Source: Patescibacteria group bacterium (GTDB lineage: Bacteria; Patescibacteriota; Patescibacteriia; Patescibacteriales; UBA12465). From it: a stretch of DNA of 64,000 bases. The stretch spans positions 23,050 through 87,049 of the forward strand of contig JALNZW010000005.1 in NCBI GenBank assembly GCA_023229115.1, read 5' to 3'. The notes below the pieces were generated by a model that saw only the letters and a list, made by a program, of their open reading frames with translations, did no database searches and was not told the DNA's origin. Positions 34,556 through 43,813 of this stretch are shown in pieces. The stretch's first letter is position 1, and each line of letters begins with the position of its first letter. A program made the position numbers and the translations under genes.

Positions 34556-36181
34556 CTAAAATCTTAAAGTCTTATTAAATTCAATAATAGCATCTATTTC
34601 TTCTTTGCTCAAAAAATCCTTACCATAACTTCGAAGTTCAGAAATAACCTGGTCCAAACTTAAACCACGATTACCAGCATCTAAAAATATTTTTAGATAC
34701 AATTTGTGAACTGGACTCTGCCTCCAAGCCTTAATACCCTCAATCATTTTAGTATAATCAAGACCTTCTAAAACTTTTATTTTTTCTCTAATTTTTTCTA
34801 AAGCCTCTTTGGGGTCCTTAGAAAAGCGACGAAAATTAGTTAAATCAAGATAACGAATCTCATCAACCGGACTCATTATCTTCACCTTTTTAACATCAGT
34901 CATTTTTATTTTATTACCACTTAAAACTTCATTAGCTTTATTAGAGGCATTAAAACTAGAATTATTACTTGCGGTAGGGGCTTCTTTGACTTCTGCTTTA
35001 GACAAATTCTTATTTTTTTCGTCAAGCATTTTAATCTCGTTTTCTATCTGCTTATTAATTTCAGACAAAATCTCTTCTTCAAATTTTGAAAAATCAGAAT
35101 CTTGTTTTGATAAAAATTCTTTATTCGAAATATTATCTTCACTTTTTTTATTATTTTTACTTTCTATTTTTTCTAATAACTCCCTTTGCTTCTTAACTAT
35201 TTTCGATAATTCAAGACTAGAAAGTCCCTCTTTTTTTTCATTTATCACTTTATTTTCCCCTGAATTGTTTGGCTCTGACAATAAATGAGAAGAATCAGAA
35301 ACTGGCAATAAATGAGAAGAATCAGGAGCTTCTAGCATTTGTGAATAATTATTAAATAAAGATTTACCCATGCCAAGTTTGCCTATTTTATCCAAAACAC
35401 CCTGATCAACCTTGGTTTTACTTTTAACCTCTTGATATTCTTCATCTTTTAAACTATCAGCTATCATAAAAATATTGTCGATCATTTTGTCGGCCAAGCC
35501 AAGGCCGCCCATTTCAATAGGTTTAACAAAAAATTGTCTTATTTCTATCTTACTTTTAATACCTTTAAAATATTTTTCTAAATAAGAAATAAACTTATTC
35601 CTATTTTCTTCCGAAAAATTTAAATTTAAAATATCAAAAATTTTATCAACCTGATTTTTTATTTTATTTAAATAATCTGATTTCAAATAACCACCAATAA
35701 AATCCTGATCACTTAAATCTTCATTTAAATCATCAAATTCTTCGCCCAATAATTTTAAATCCTCTACCAAAATATCATTTTTGCTTTGTTCATTATTATT
35801 TATCCCCGAAGAAATATTTACTACTTTAGTTTTTTCTTTTTCGACCCCGGCTTTAACTTCTGTTTTAGACTCTTTTTTAGGCTCTGTCTCAATTTTCTTT
35901 TTTTCTAAACCTAGGTAATCAGCTATTTTATAAAAAATTTTTTCTTCCAACTCTTTCGCTAAGCTTTCAGCTTGACTTTGTCCCAAGTTAAGTTCCGTAA
36001 AAAAAATCAAAGGCAAATTATCAATATTGATGTCCTTAGTGGCCACCCGCATTATAATTGAAGCCAAATCAACTTTATACTTTTTTTCAATTTCCTCAAT
36101 AAGCCTAACTGCTTCATCGCTATCAACAGCTCCTTTAATATCGTCACTTAAATTGTTGAACTTGTTTAAATAATCAAACAT
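34556..36181 (-). CDS. Hypothetical acidic/Lys-rich protein of the T4SS-like cluster
   Basis: 541-aa ORF with a 3-nt gap to the PrgI-like gene; no recognisable domain. Confidence 0.6.
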   Translation of the reverse strand: MFDYLNKFNNLSDDIKGAVDSDEAVRLIEEIEKKYKVDLASIIMRVATKDINIDNLPLIFFTELNLGQSQAESLAKELEEKIFYKIADYLGLEKKKIETEPKKESKTEVKAGVEKEKTKVVNISSGINNNEQSKNDILVEDLKLLGEEFDDLNEDLSDQDFIGGYLKSDYLNKIKNQVDKIFDILNLNFSEENRNKFISYLEKYFKGIKSKIEIRQFFVKPIEMGGLGLADKMIDNIFMIADSLKDEEYQEVKSKTKVDQGVLDKIGKLGMGKSLFNNYSQMLEAPDSSHLLPVSDSSHLLSEPNNSGENKVINEKKEGLSSLELSKIVKKQRELLEKIESKNNKKSEDNISNKEFLSKQDSDFSKFEEEILSEINKQIENEIKMLDEKNKNLSKAEVKEAPTASNNSSFNASNKANEVLSGNKIKMTDVKKVKIMSPVDEIRYLDLTNFRRFSKDPKEALEKIREKIKVLEGLDYTKMIEGIKAWRQSPVHKLYLKIFLDAGNRGLSLDQVISELRSYGKDFLSKEEIDAIIEFNKTLRF

Positions 36182-36205
36182 ATTTAAATTTTATTATTCA
36201 GAAAA

Positions 36206-37303
36206 TTATTTTTTTATTTTTTTCAATTCATTCTCAATTGCCTTTCTCTCCAGACTTTTATTGGGATATTTTTCCAACATTAATTCTAATTCTTTTATTT
36301 TTTGTTCATCTTCAGATAAAACCTTTTCTATCTCCAACTCTTTATTTTCCAAAACAACAGTCTCTTTTTTCAAACTGTCCGTATCTTTTTTTAATAAATC
36401 ATTGGGCGCTAAACTATTTTTATCCACTGGTATTATTTCCCATTCTTCAATAGGAACATTGGACATTGAATCCGGAAAAAAAGAAAGATTTCTGTAAAGT
36501 CTAATGATCTTCCTGACCAATCTTCTCTCGCCCTCATCAAGAGACAAACAATTAACCGAACTAGTTAAAAATTTAGCCAAAGCTATATTGCTAAAATTAT
36601 CACTACCATTTTCTTTTATAAAACTACTTATCCAGTTAGCAATAGTCGGCTCTTCTTTTTTGTTGTTTATTATAAGCAAATTTGTAGTTAATTTCTCTTG
36701 ATTGGCCAAAAAAGCTCTGGAAAATTTAGCTGCCAATTCTGGATTTTTTGATAAAATATACAAAATTGATCCATTGATTTTTTTGGCAGAAAAAGAGTCA
36801 TTGCTTTTTAACACCTGAACTAAATCTTTCTCCAAAAAGTAAAGTGATACTCGTTCTTCTTCTTTGACGTCAGTAATTTTATCTAAGCTACTAGAAACTT
36901 CTAATAAATTTTCAAAATTTTTATCATTTATTACTTCATTAAAAATTTCTATACTTAATAAATATTTATTTAAATCACCATTTCTATTTTTTATTTCTTT
37001 TTCCACATCAACCTTAATAAAAGGAGCTAGTGGCAAAATAATATTTCCCAAAAAATCACAATACAATTCATTAAAAAAATTCTGATTACTAATTTGTGAT
37101 TTTATAAGCTCTTCTATCTTCAAAAAATTAAAATCATTTATAAAAAATTCCAATAAAAAATCATTAACAACTTCTATGTTCAGACCAAACTTCTTAGAAA
37201 TATCGCTCATGTAATTTTCTAATTCCTTAGAATACAAAAAAGCAGACACTTCTTCTGGAAGAACCTCTAGCTTTTGTAAAAATTGTAAATTTTTGCTTTC
37301 CAT
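36206..37303 (-). CDS. Hypothetical protein of the T4SS-like cluster
   Basis: 365-aa ORF; no recognisable domain. Confidence 0.6.
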   Translation of the reverse strand: MESKNLQFLQKLEVLPEEVSAFLYSKELENYMSDISKKFGLNIEVVNDFLLEFFINDFNFLKIEELIKSQISNQNFFNELYCDFLGNIILPLAPFIKVDVEKEIKNRNGDLNKYLLSIEIFNEVINDKNFENLLEVSSSLDKITDVKEEERVSLYFLEKDLVQVLKSNDSFSAKKINGSILYILSKNPELAAKFSRAFLANQEKLTTNLLIINNKKEEPTIANWISSFIKENGSDNFSNIALAKFLTSSVNCLSLDEGERRLVRKIIRLYRNLSFFPDSMSNVPIEEWEIIPVDKNSLAPNDLLKKDTDSLKKETVVLENKELEIEKVLSEDEQKIKELELMLEKYPNKSLERKAIENELKKIKK

Positions 37304-37319
37304 AATTTATAAATAAACT

Positions 37320-40184
37320 TTAACCAAGTACAGCGGCTGCATTAGAAATCATTTCTTCGTCTTTATCACTTAGTTGTTCTGAATTATTTTTCTGATTAGA
37401 AATGCTTTCTGTCGGTCTTGGCTTGCTAAATGACAATCCCATTAACTCTTCAATTCTTTTTATTATAGCTCTCTCTGGAGCAGAGTCTAGACTTAATTTT
37501 GAATTTTTTAATATTTCATTCAATTTATTAGTAAATTCTTTTTCATTACCAGAAGTGCCAGCCCTTCTTAAGTCATCAGCCAAAGGAGATTCTGTTAAAA
37601 ACTTTTTTAAACTTTCAGAGCTCTCTTCTTTGGTTACCATTTTTCTAACCTCGTCAACTTCAATCTCGGCCATAAACTTAGCCTTGTCGCTCTCCTTGTC
37701 CAGGTGACTCATATCAGCGTCATTTATTATGGCCAGTTTTTTCAAAGAATCATATTCACCCGAAGATCTTAAACTTTCTTTAACTTCTTTTTGTTTTTGT
37801 TTTGGTAAATCATCATAATGAGATTTAAATCTCTTATTAGACATTGTTTTTACTAATGCAGGAATTACAAGCTCCATTGATCCTTTGTCAATATTTTCTA
37901 TTTTTATTGAACCACTAACCACACCTTTAACGATTTTATCACGAGCCTCGTCTTGTCTTTTTTTGAACTTACCATCATCTTCATCTGGTTTTTGAGGAGC
38001 GTTTAAATCAGAAAAATCTCTAGTTAAATGTTGATACTCATTATTTAAAGATCCGTCCAAAGCGTTCATTACTTTATTATCATAACCATAAGAACTTTTA
38101 ATTTTATCACGATGGACAACAGCTTCATTTTGATCAAGCTTACCTCTTTCCATTAAAACCATAGCAGCAGCTGTTCTTTCGTGACCGCTACGAGAATAAT
38201 CATTCATAACGTCTCTAATTTCATTTTCTTTTGAATCTTTAAATCCTTCCTTGGCCTTACTGATTTGACTGTTGTTATGATTAGAAGCTAGGTCAGCATC
38301 AGACTCACCAGCCCTCATTATTTTTTTTCTACCACCAACACCAGCCACACCACCAGTCAAAGCACCGGCTGCTACAGCACCCAGGCCGCCAATAGCCGCT
38401 CCGCCAGTCATAACCGCCAATGTAGTTCCTAGAGCAGCACCTCCAACCCCAGCCAATGCCTTACTTCCAATTTCAGCTCTTCTTTTATTCCTATTCAAGA
38501 TAATTTCTCGTTGTTGAATTTCTGAATCTTTAGCACTGATTTGGCTATTAACATCTTCTAATGGTTTTACTGCAGCCTTGCCATCATCTCTTAATTGTTT
38601 CACTTTAACAGCAACAGCCGTTTCATCGGCATTAACAGCTAAGCCAGCATTTTTCTTCATCATACTTAAATCTGCGCCTACCATTTTTAACTCTTCTTTA
38701 GCTTCTAAATTTCCTGGATTCTTCTGAGTTTCTGCCTGTAACTGATTAAACCTAGTTTGAGTTTGTTCTAAATTATTAGCTTGAGATATCATGGCATCAC
38801 CCTTACCAATACTATCTTTAAACTCAACCTCAATTTTTTTCTTTTTTTCTTCTAAAGCCTTTCTTTGTTCTTTAGCTTCGTTAATTTTTGTTTGAGTTGA
38901 ATTAACACCAAAGGCTCTTTGCATTCCTCTATCAACTAACTGTCTACCCTTGTCAGGAACAGAAGCAATAGCTTTTTTTGCTTTAGACTCAGCCCTCAAC
39001 AAGGCGCCAGCATCTTTTTGAGCCCTCTCCTGTCTAACACCCTCCTTCATTGACTGACGAACCTTCAAAGCATTCTGAGCTCTTTCAATTCCAGTAACTC
39101 TTTTAGTTCCTTTAGAAACAGAATTCATAGCACCACTTCCCATGGCCTGTAATTTGGCCATTCCCTTTCCAGCTACACTTCCTGCCATACCACCCATTTC
39201 CTGAGCAATCATAAGACCACCCAAAAGCATGCCGATAGAAATTATAAATTTAGTAACATTATCTTGACTACCAGCTTCAGTAACAGAAATAGAAAAATTT
39301 TCAGCTCCAATATCACCATTGTCTGGGTTTGAATCTCTTTTCATTTTGTTTATATCTCGACTTCCCTCTACGCCACCCAGAGATGCAAAAGATAACCAAA
39401 TAAAAAAAGCTAAAACTGGTCCAACTATTAAATTTTTAGAAAAATCAGTCCACCATCTTTGTGAGTAAGATTGACCTTGAGGAAAAGAAGCTAGTAAATA
39501 AGCCAAAGGAGATAAAACAACATAAATCCAAATCATGATAATTCTCATGGCTAACATAACTAGCATCGTTAAAATAACCACAACCGATACTATAGAAAAT
39601 ATTAAAGCCAAAATAATTGAGCCTAAAATTGTCCAGCCAGTAACATCCTTGGAATTACTTTGACTAAAACTTAATATCTCAGTAACATTTAACATCGAGG
39701 TAAGATTACCAGCGGCCAAATTTTTAAAACCATTAACAAAGGTCAACATAATCACCTGGGTAACATCAATAAAAACACCGCAGATAAGCTTAGAAAAATT
39801 TATCAAGACAGCCATCAAAACAAGTTTTGGTAACCATGTTTTTAGGTTATACTGTTCAACTCTTAAAATAGTAGCAAAAGCTATTATTAAAAGAATTAAA
39901 ATAAAAAACATATTACAAAGATCTCTCACTAAAGTCCAGCCAAATTTAACAGCATTAGAATCTATAAAATCGTTATACTGAGCGATGCCAATTAAAACAT
40001 AAACTAACATCACCAAGATTTGCCCCAAAACCCAAATGATTGGATATAAAATCCAACCCAAAACAGTAGCCACTGTTTCTCCAACACCAGCATGAACAAT
40101 ATTAGGAAATAAAAAAAAGACACCTAAAAAAAGAAGTAGGGATAAACCAGCAAATATTTTTTTGTTTTTTATTTTTAATTTCAT
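37320..40184 (-). CDS. Large polytopic membrane protein, VirB6/TrbL-like candidate with a long coiled and Gly/Ala-zipper C-terminal half
   Basis: 954 aa. Signal peptide (..NIVHA), about 6-7 TM segments in the first ~330 aa, a glycine-zipper segment (GVGGAALGTTLAVMTGGAAIGGLGAVAAGALTGGVAGVGG), and a charged C-terminus. Confidence 0.62.
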   Translation of the reverse strand: MKLKIKNKKIFAGLSLLLFLGVFFLFPNIVHAGVGETVATVLGWILYPIIWVLGQILVMLVYVLIGIAQYNDFIDSNAVKFGWTLVRDLCNMFFILILLIIAFATILRVEQYNLKTWLPKLVLMAVLINFSKLICGVFIDVTQVIMLTFVNGFKNLAAGNLTSMLNVTEILSFSQSNSKDVTGWTILGSIILALIFSIVSVVVILTMLVMLAMRIIMIWIYVVLSPLAYLLASFPQGQSYSQRWWTDFSKNLIVGPVLAFFIWLSFASLGGVEGSRDINKMKRDSNPDNGDIGAENFSISVTEAGSQDNVTKFIISIGMLLGGLMIAQEMGGMAGSVAGKGMAKLQAMGSGAMNSVSKGTKRVTGIERAQNALKVRQSMKEGVRQERAQKDAGALLRAESKAKKAIASVPDKGRQLVDRGMQRAFGVNSTQTKINEAKEQRKALEEKKKKIEVEFKDSIGKGDAMISQANNLEQTQTRFNQLQAETQKNPGNLEAKEELKMVGADLSMMKKNAGLAVNADETAVAVKVKQLRDDGKAAVKPLEDVNSQISAKDSEIQQREIILNRNKRRAEIGSKALAGVGGAALGTTLAVMTGGAAIGGLGAVAAGALTGGVAGVGGRKKIMRAGESDADLASNHNNSQISKAKEGFKDSKENEIRDVMNDYSRSGHERTAAAMVLMERGKLDQNEAVVHRDKIKSSYGYDNKVMNALDGSLNNEYQHLTRDFSDLNAPQKPDEDDGKFKKRQDEARDKIVKGVVSGSIKIENIDKGSMELVIPALVKTMSNKRFKSHYDDLPKQKQKEVKESLRSSGEYDSLKKLAIINDADMSHLDKESDKAKFMAEIEVDEVRKMVTKEESSESLKKFLTESPLADDLRRAGTSGNEKEFTNKLNEILKNSKLSLDSAPERAIIKRIEELMGLSFSKPRPTESISNQKNNSEQLSDKDEEMISNAAAVLG

Positions 40185-40188
40185 TTAT

Positions 40189-41406
40189 TTATTGAAAAAA
40201 TTGAGATATCCATTCCCAAGCAATATAAGGTGCTAGAAAAAAAGAAATCGGTGGAGTAAGTAACATCATCAAGAAAGCTATTATTATTATAAAAAGATGA
40301 AGAAAGCAGCAACAACCAGTCGCACCTTTTTCAATTACCCCTATTTTATTGCCCATCTCCTTAGCTATTTTAGGAGAAACTTTTTTAATATTGGTCGGAA
40401 CCCATTCTTGCCCTAATTTACAAAACATTTTAGGAGAAACCATTGACAGAAAAGCATGAATATAAACCCAAAAAACAGAAAAAGTTAAGGTAGGAACAGC
40501 ATCCAACCAGGCATTTTTTAAAAGAGTGTCAAAAAAAAGACTCATATCATTTCTTTGCGGTCCTTCGGAAGACTTACTTGAAATCTTAGCTTTGTCTGTT
40601 TTTTCTTTTTTTGATTTATCTTTTCTTTTATCTTCTTCCAGTCTTTGAGAATTGTCCATCTCCTTACCACCCTGTGACTCACTTTTTCCACCCGAAGCTT
40701 GTTCAGTTTCAGATTTTTCTGCATTGCCATCACTTTCTTTCGGCAAGGAATCTGGCATTCTTGATCCCTGTAAACTTTTTGGATCAAAACTTTGAGCGGA
40801 AGAATTACTCTTATCAGGCAAAGAACTATTTGATTTTCCTTTTTCTAAATCTTTTCCTTTTTCGTCTAACTCTTTTTTTAAACTATCATCACCTCTATTT
40901 TCTGATGGTTTAATTTCATTATCAAGTCCTTTCTTATTTTCATCATTTTTATCGGCAGTATCTTTATTTTCAGAGTTTTCATTTTTATCCTTAAGTCCAT
41001 CTAAATTCTCTTGAGCATTGGGATTCTCTGGATTTTCTGGATTCTCTGGATTTTCTGGATTTTCTGGATTTTCTGGATTTTCTGGATTTTCTGGATTTTC
41101 TGGATTTTCTGGATTTTCTGGATTTTTAGAGTCATTCTGATTTTTGTCATTTTTTTTTGCATCCAAACCTCCTTGATTATCTTGAAAGGCTTGCTCTTCA
41201 TTTCCCCCTTTTTTACTATTAGAATTTTCACCAAAGCTTCTGCTTGCGTCTTGGTCTCCAAGGCTTTTATTTTTAGATTCCTGAGCCAAAGAATTGTTGG
41301 AATCTCCAACACTTTTACTAATAGAATCCTTTTCATCTTTTTTAACTTCCGATTCAATTTCTGATTTAATTTTGTCCTCAATTTCTTTATTTATTCCATT
41401 AGCCAT
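40189..41406 (-). CDS. Bipartite protein: low-complexity charged N-terminal region with an (NPE)n repeat, plus a hydrophobic C-terminal membrane domain
   Basis: 405 aa, first gene of the cluster. C-terminus has TM helices and a CCC motif (GATGCCCFLHLFIIIIAFLMMLL). Confidence 0.62.
   Translation of the reverse strand: MANGINKEIEDKIKSEIESEVKKDEKDSISKSVGDSNNSLAQESKNKSLGDQDASRSFGENSNSKKGGNEEQAFQDNQGGLDAKKNDKNQNDSKNPENPENPENPENPENPENPENPENPENPENPENPNAQENLDGLKDKNENSENKDTADKNDENKKGLDNEIKPSENRGDDSLKKELDEKGKDLEKGKSNSSLPDKSNSSAQSFDPKSLQGSRMPDSLPKESDGNAEKSETEQASGGKSESQGGKEMDNSQRLEEDKRKDKSKKEKTDKAKISSKSSEGPQRNDMSLFFDTLLKNAWLDAVPTLTFSVFWVYIHAFLSMVSPKMFCKLGQEWVPTNIKKVSPKIAKEMGNKIGVIEKGATGCCCFLHLFIIIIAFLMMLLTPPISFFLAPYIAWEWISQFFQ
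41021..41119 (-). repeat. In-frame 9-nt tandem repeat, 11 copies (ggattYtct; encodes Asn-Pro-Glu)
   Basis: Eight consecutive perfect ggattttct units, plus three flanking units of which two are the variant ggattctct, counted directly in the sequence. Confidence 0.9.
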
Positions 41407-41513
41407 AAAACCAAAAATAATAATAAAAGGAAGAAAATTTACAGCTATTTCTCAACTATATTATACAATAAAAAAAATAAATTGCCAAATATTAATTTAA
41501 AATATTAAAACAA

Positions 41514-43166
41514 TTAATTTTGGCTCAACTTATTCAATTGTTTGTCTATTTTTTCTGTTTCTATTTTCTGATATAAAACCTCTAAATCACCTACAATAAA
41601 CTTGTCTTTGGCAGGAAATTGCCATTTCAAATCTTCCATTAATAAACTTTTTTTAATCTTAATAGAGGTCTGAGGCAAAAATGGTTCAATCAAAATAGCC
41701 AAAGATTTAATTACAAGCACAAAAGCGGCTAAATTATTAGCTGCCTTTTCTTTGTCGGTTTTAATCATTGTCCAAGGAGCTAGTTCATTAAGAAGACGAT
41801 TACCATCTTCAATTATTTTAAAAACAGAACGAATGGCTTTTTTAAAATTGCCTAGCTCAATTTCCTCTCCTGCTTCAGTAAAGGTATTTTTAGTTAAATC
41901 TAAAAAATTATTTAAACGCTCGTCAATATTTTCAGAAAAATCTAAACCTTCAGGAAAATTTTTCTTAACAAATGACAAAGTCCTAAAAACAAAATTACCA
42001 AAATTACCAATCAACTCATTATTGGTCTTGGCCATATAGTCGGCCCAAGAAAAATTAGCATCAGATGATTCGGGTCCATTTGATACTAGATAATACCTCA
42101 AAGTATCAGAATCAAATTCGGCTAAAAAATCTTTCAACCAAACAGCATGACCTCGACTTTTAGAAAACTGCTTTCCTTCTAAATTTAAATACTCACTAGA
42201 AATAATTCTGTCTGGCAAATGAAGATTGCCATAAGACATTAAAATTGTCGGCAAAATTATAGCATGAAAAGGAATATTATCTTTACCATGAACATAATAA
42301 TGTAAAGCTTCATTGTTTTGCCAAAAATCTTGCCATAAATTCTCGTCTCCTTTATCTTTAGCCCACTCTTTACTAGCTGACAGATAACCTAAAACCGCCT
42401 CAAACCAAACATAAATTCTTTTACTTTCATAGCCGTCGAGCGGAATTGGAACACCCCACTCTGTATCTCTAGTTATGGCCCTATCTAAAAGACCCTGAGC
42501 TACAAATTCACGAGAAAAATTCTTAGCATTTTGTCGCCAAGCAAAACTATCTTCAATAAATTTTAAAATTTTATCTTGCCAAGCTGATAACTTTAGAAAA
42601 AAATGTTCTGTTGTTTTCCACTCTGGAGTGCTACCACAAGTTTTACATTTAGGATTTTTTAATTTTTTAGTTTCCATTAAGTTTCCACAATTATCACACT
42701 GATCACCACGAGCTGAAGAAAAACCACAGATATAACACTCACCCTCAACATATCTATCCGGTAGAAATCTTTGACAATGAGAACAATAAGGAAGCTCCTC
42801 TTCTTTAATATAAATATCGCCCGATTGATAAAGTTTTAAAAACATTTCTTGAACCACTTGTCGATGATTATCAGTTGTTGTTTTAGTATAATTATCATAA
42901 GAAAAAGACAAGCCATTTAAAAAATTATCACTAAATTCAGCGTGATATTTATTAGCTATTTCTGAAGGATGAACGCCTTGCTTATCAGCTTCAACTGCAA
43001 TTGGCGTTCCATGACAATCGCTACCAGAAACAAATAAAACATCATCGCCTTTCAAGCGATAATACCGAGCTAAAACATCACCACCAATTAAACCAGCTAC
43101 ATGCCCCAAATGAAGAGAGCCATTAGCATAAGGCCAAGCAGCTGCCACTAAAACTTTTTTACCCAT
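41514..43166 (-). CDS. metG: Methionyl-tRNA synthetase
   Basis: 550 aa. HIGH-type motif PYANGSLHLGHV, KMSKS-type motif KFSKSRGH, Zn knuckles CSHC...CYICG...CDNCG...CKTCG. Confidence 0.95.
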   Translation of the reverse strand: MGKKVLVAAAWPYANGSLHLGHVAGLIGGDVLARYYRLKGDDVLFVSGSDCHGTPIAVEADKQGVHPSEIANKYHAEFSDNFLNGLSFSYDNYTKTTTDNHRQVVQEMFLKLYQSGDIYIKEEELPYCSHCQRFLPDRYVEGECYICGFSSARGDQCDNCGNLMETKKLKNPKCKTCGSTPEWKTTEHFFLKLSAWQDKILKFIEDSFAWRQNAKNFSREFVAQGLLDRAITRDTEWGVPIPLDGYESKRIYVWFEAVLGYLSASKEWAKDKGDENLWQDFWQNNEALHYYVHGKDNIPFHAIILPTILMSYGNLHLPDRIISSEYLNLEGKQFSKSRGHAVWLKDFLAEFDSDTLRYYLVSNGPESSDANFSWADYMAKTNNELIGNFGNFVFRTLSFVKKNFPEGLDFSENIDERLNNFLDLTKNTFTEAGEEIELGNFKKAIRSVFKIIEDGNRLLNELAPWTMIKTDKEKAANNLAAFVLVIKSLAILIEPFLPQTSIKIKKSLLMEDLKWQFPAKDKFIVGDLEVLYQKIETEKIDKQLNKLSQN

Positions 43167-43323
43167 ATTTAAAGGTTTTTAATACTTATTTATAAGTTAA
43201 TTTTAGCATTTTAAAAAGCTAAAAGCAAGAAAAATATTATATTTTATTTAATTTATTTTTATGCTTTTTAAATTAAAATATAAACAACATTTCTGTTATA
43301 CCTATAAAAAACTTAAGCCCTCA

Positions 43324-43478
43324 CCCCTGTCATCCCAGCGAAAGCTGGGATCCAAATTGTCGCCCTCCTGTCATCCCAGCGAAAACCGGGATCCAAATTG
43401 TCACCCTCCTGTCATCCCAGCGAAAGCTGGGATCCAAATTGTCACCCTCCTGTCATCCCAGCGAAAGCTGGGATCCAG
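43324..43478 (+). repeat. Four tandem 41-nt repeats, each carrying a 7-bp hairpin with a GAAA loop
   Basis: The unit cctgtcatcccagcgaaagctgggatccaaattgtcaccctc recurs at 43326, 43367, 43408 and 43449. One copy has the loop/stem variant gaaaaccggg. Confidence 0.9.
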
Positions 43479-43501
43479 AATTAATAAGTAAAATCAATAC
43501 A

Positions 43502-43801
43502 ATGAACAAAGAACATAATTACTATGTATACATTTTATGTAATAAAAGAAATGGAACTCTATACACAGGAGTAACTAACGGATTATTCAAGAGAACAATT
43601 CAACACAAAATAAATAAAAATAAAAATAGTTTTACTAACAAATACAAAGTTAACAAGCTAGTATACTACGAAAAACATCAATATATATTAGAGGCTATAA
43701 ATAGAGAAAAAAATATAAAAGCTTGGAAAAGAAAATGGAAATTAGAATTAATAGAAAAACATAATCCAACTTGGTTGGACTTATTTTCTGAGATGGAATA
43801 A
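43502..43801 (+). CDS. GIY-YIG nuclease superfamily protein (UPF0213 type)
   Basis: YYVYILCNKRNGTLYTGVTNGLFKRTIQHK ... NREKNIKAWKRKWKLELIE. Start taken at ATG 43502; the upstream part of the tracked ORF is read-through of the repeats. Confidence 0.85.
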   Translation: MNKEHNYYVYILCNKRNGTLYTGVTNGLFKRTIQHKINKNKNSFTNKYKVNKLVYYEKHQYILEAINREKNIKAWKRKWKLELIEKHNPTWLDLFSEME

Positions 43802-43813
43802 TTATTGTTCAAA

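Noticed and set aside
35279-35330. Direct repeat aataaatgagaagaatcag occurring twice about 26 nt apart (encodes DSSHLL twice) inside the 541-aa T4SS-cluster gene
   Set aside because: It is real but small and consistent with a local duplication in a low-complexity linker; on its own it is not informative.
41001-41381. ORFs translating the 9-nt repeat as (KIQ)n on the minus strand and (WIF)n on the plus strand
   Set aside because: These are alternative frames of the same microsatellite. Only the NPE frame is continuous with a 405-aa protein that has a membrane domain and fits the operon spacing.
43167-43260. T-box or other leader riboswitch upstream of metG (and of leuS at 57916-57939)
   Set aside because: The intergenic spaces (about 94 nt and 24 nt) are too short for a T-box, and no specifier or T-box sequence motif is visible.
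43261-43501. ORF 43261..43491 and the 21-codon N-terminal extension of the GIY-YIG ORF (peptides such as SSQRKLGS, VIPAKAGIQ)
   Set aside because: These are read-through of the tandem hairpin repeats. The GIY-YIG core starts at the ATG at 43502.
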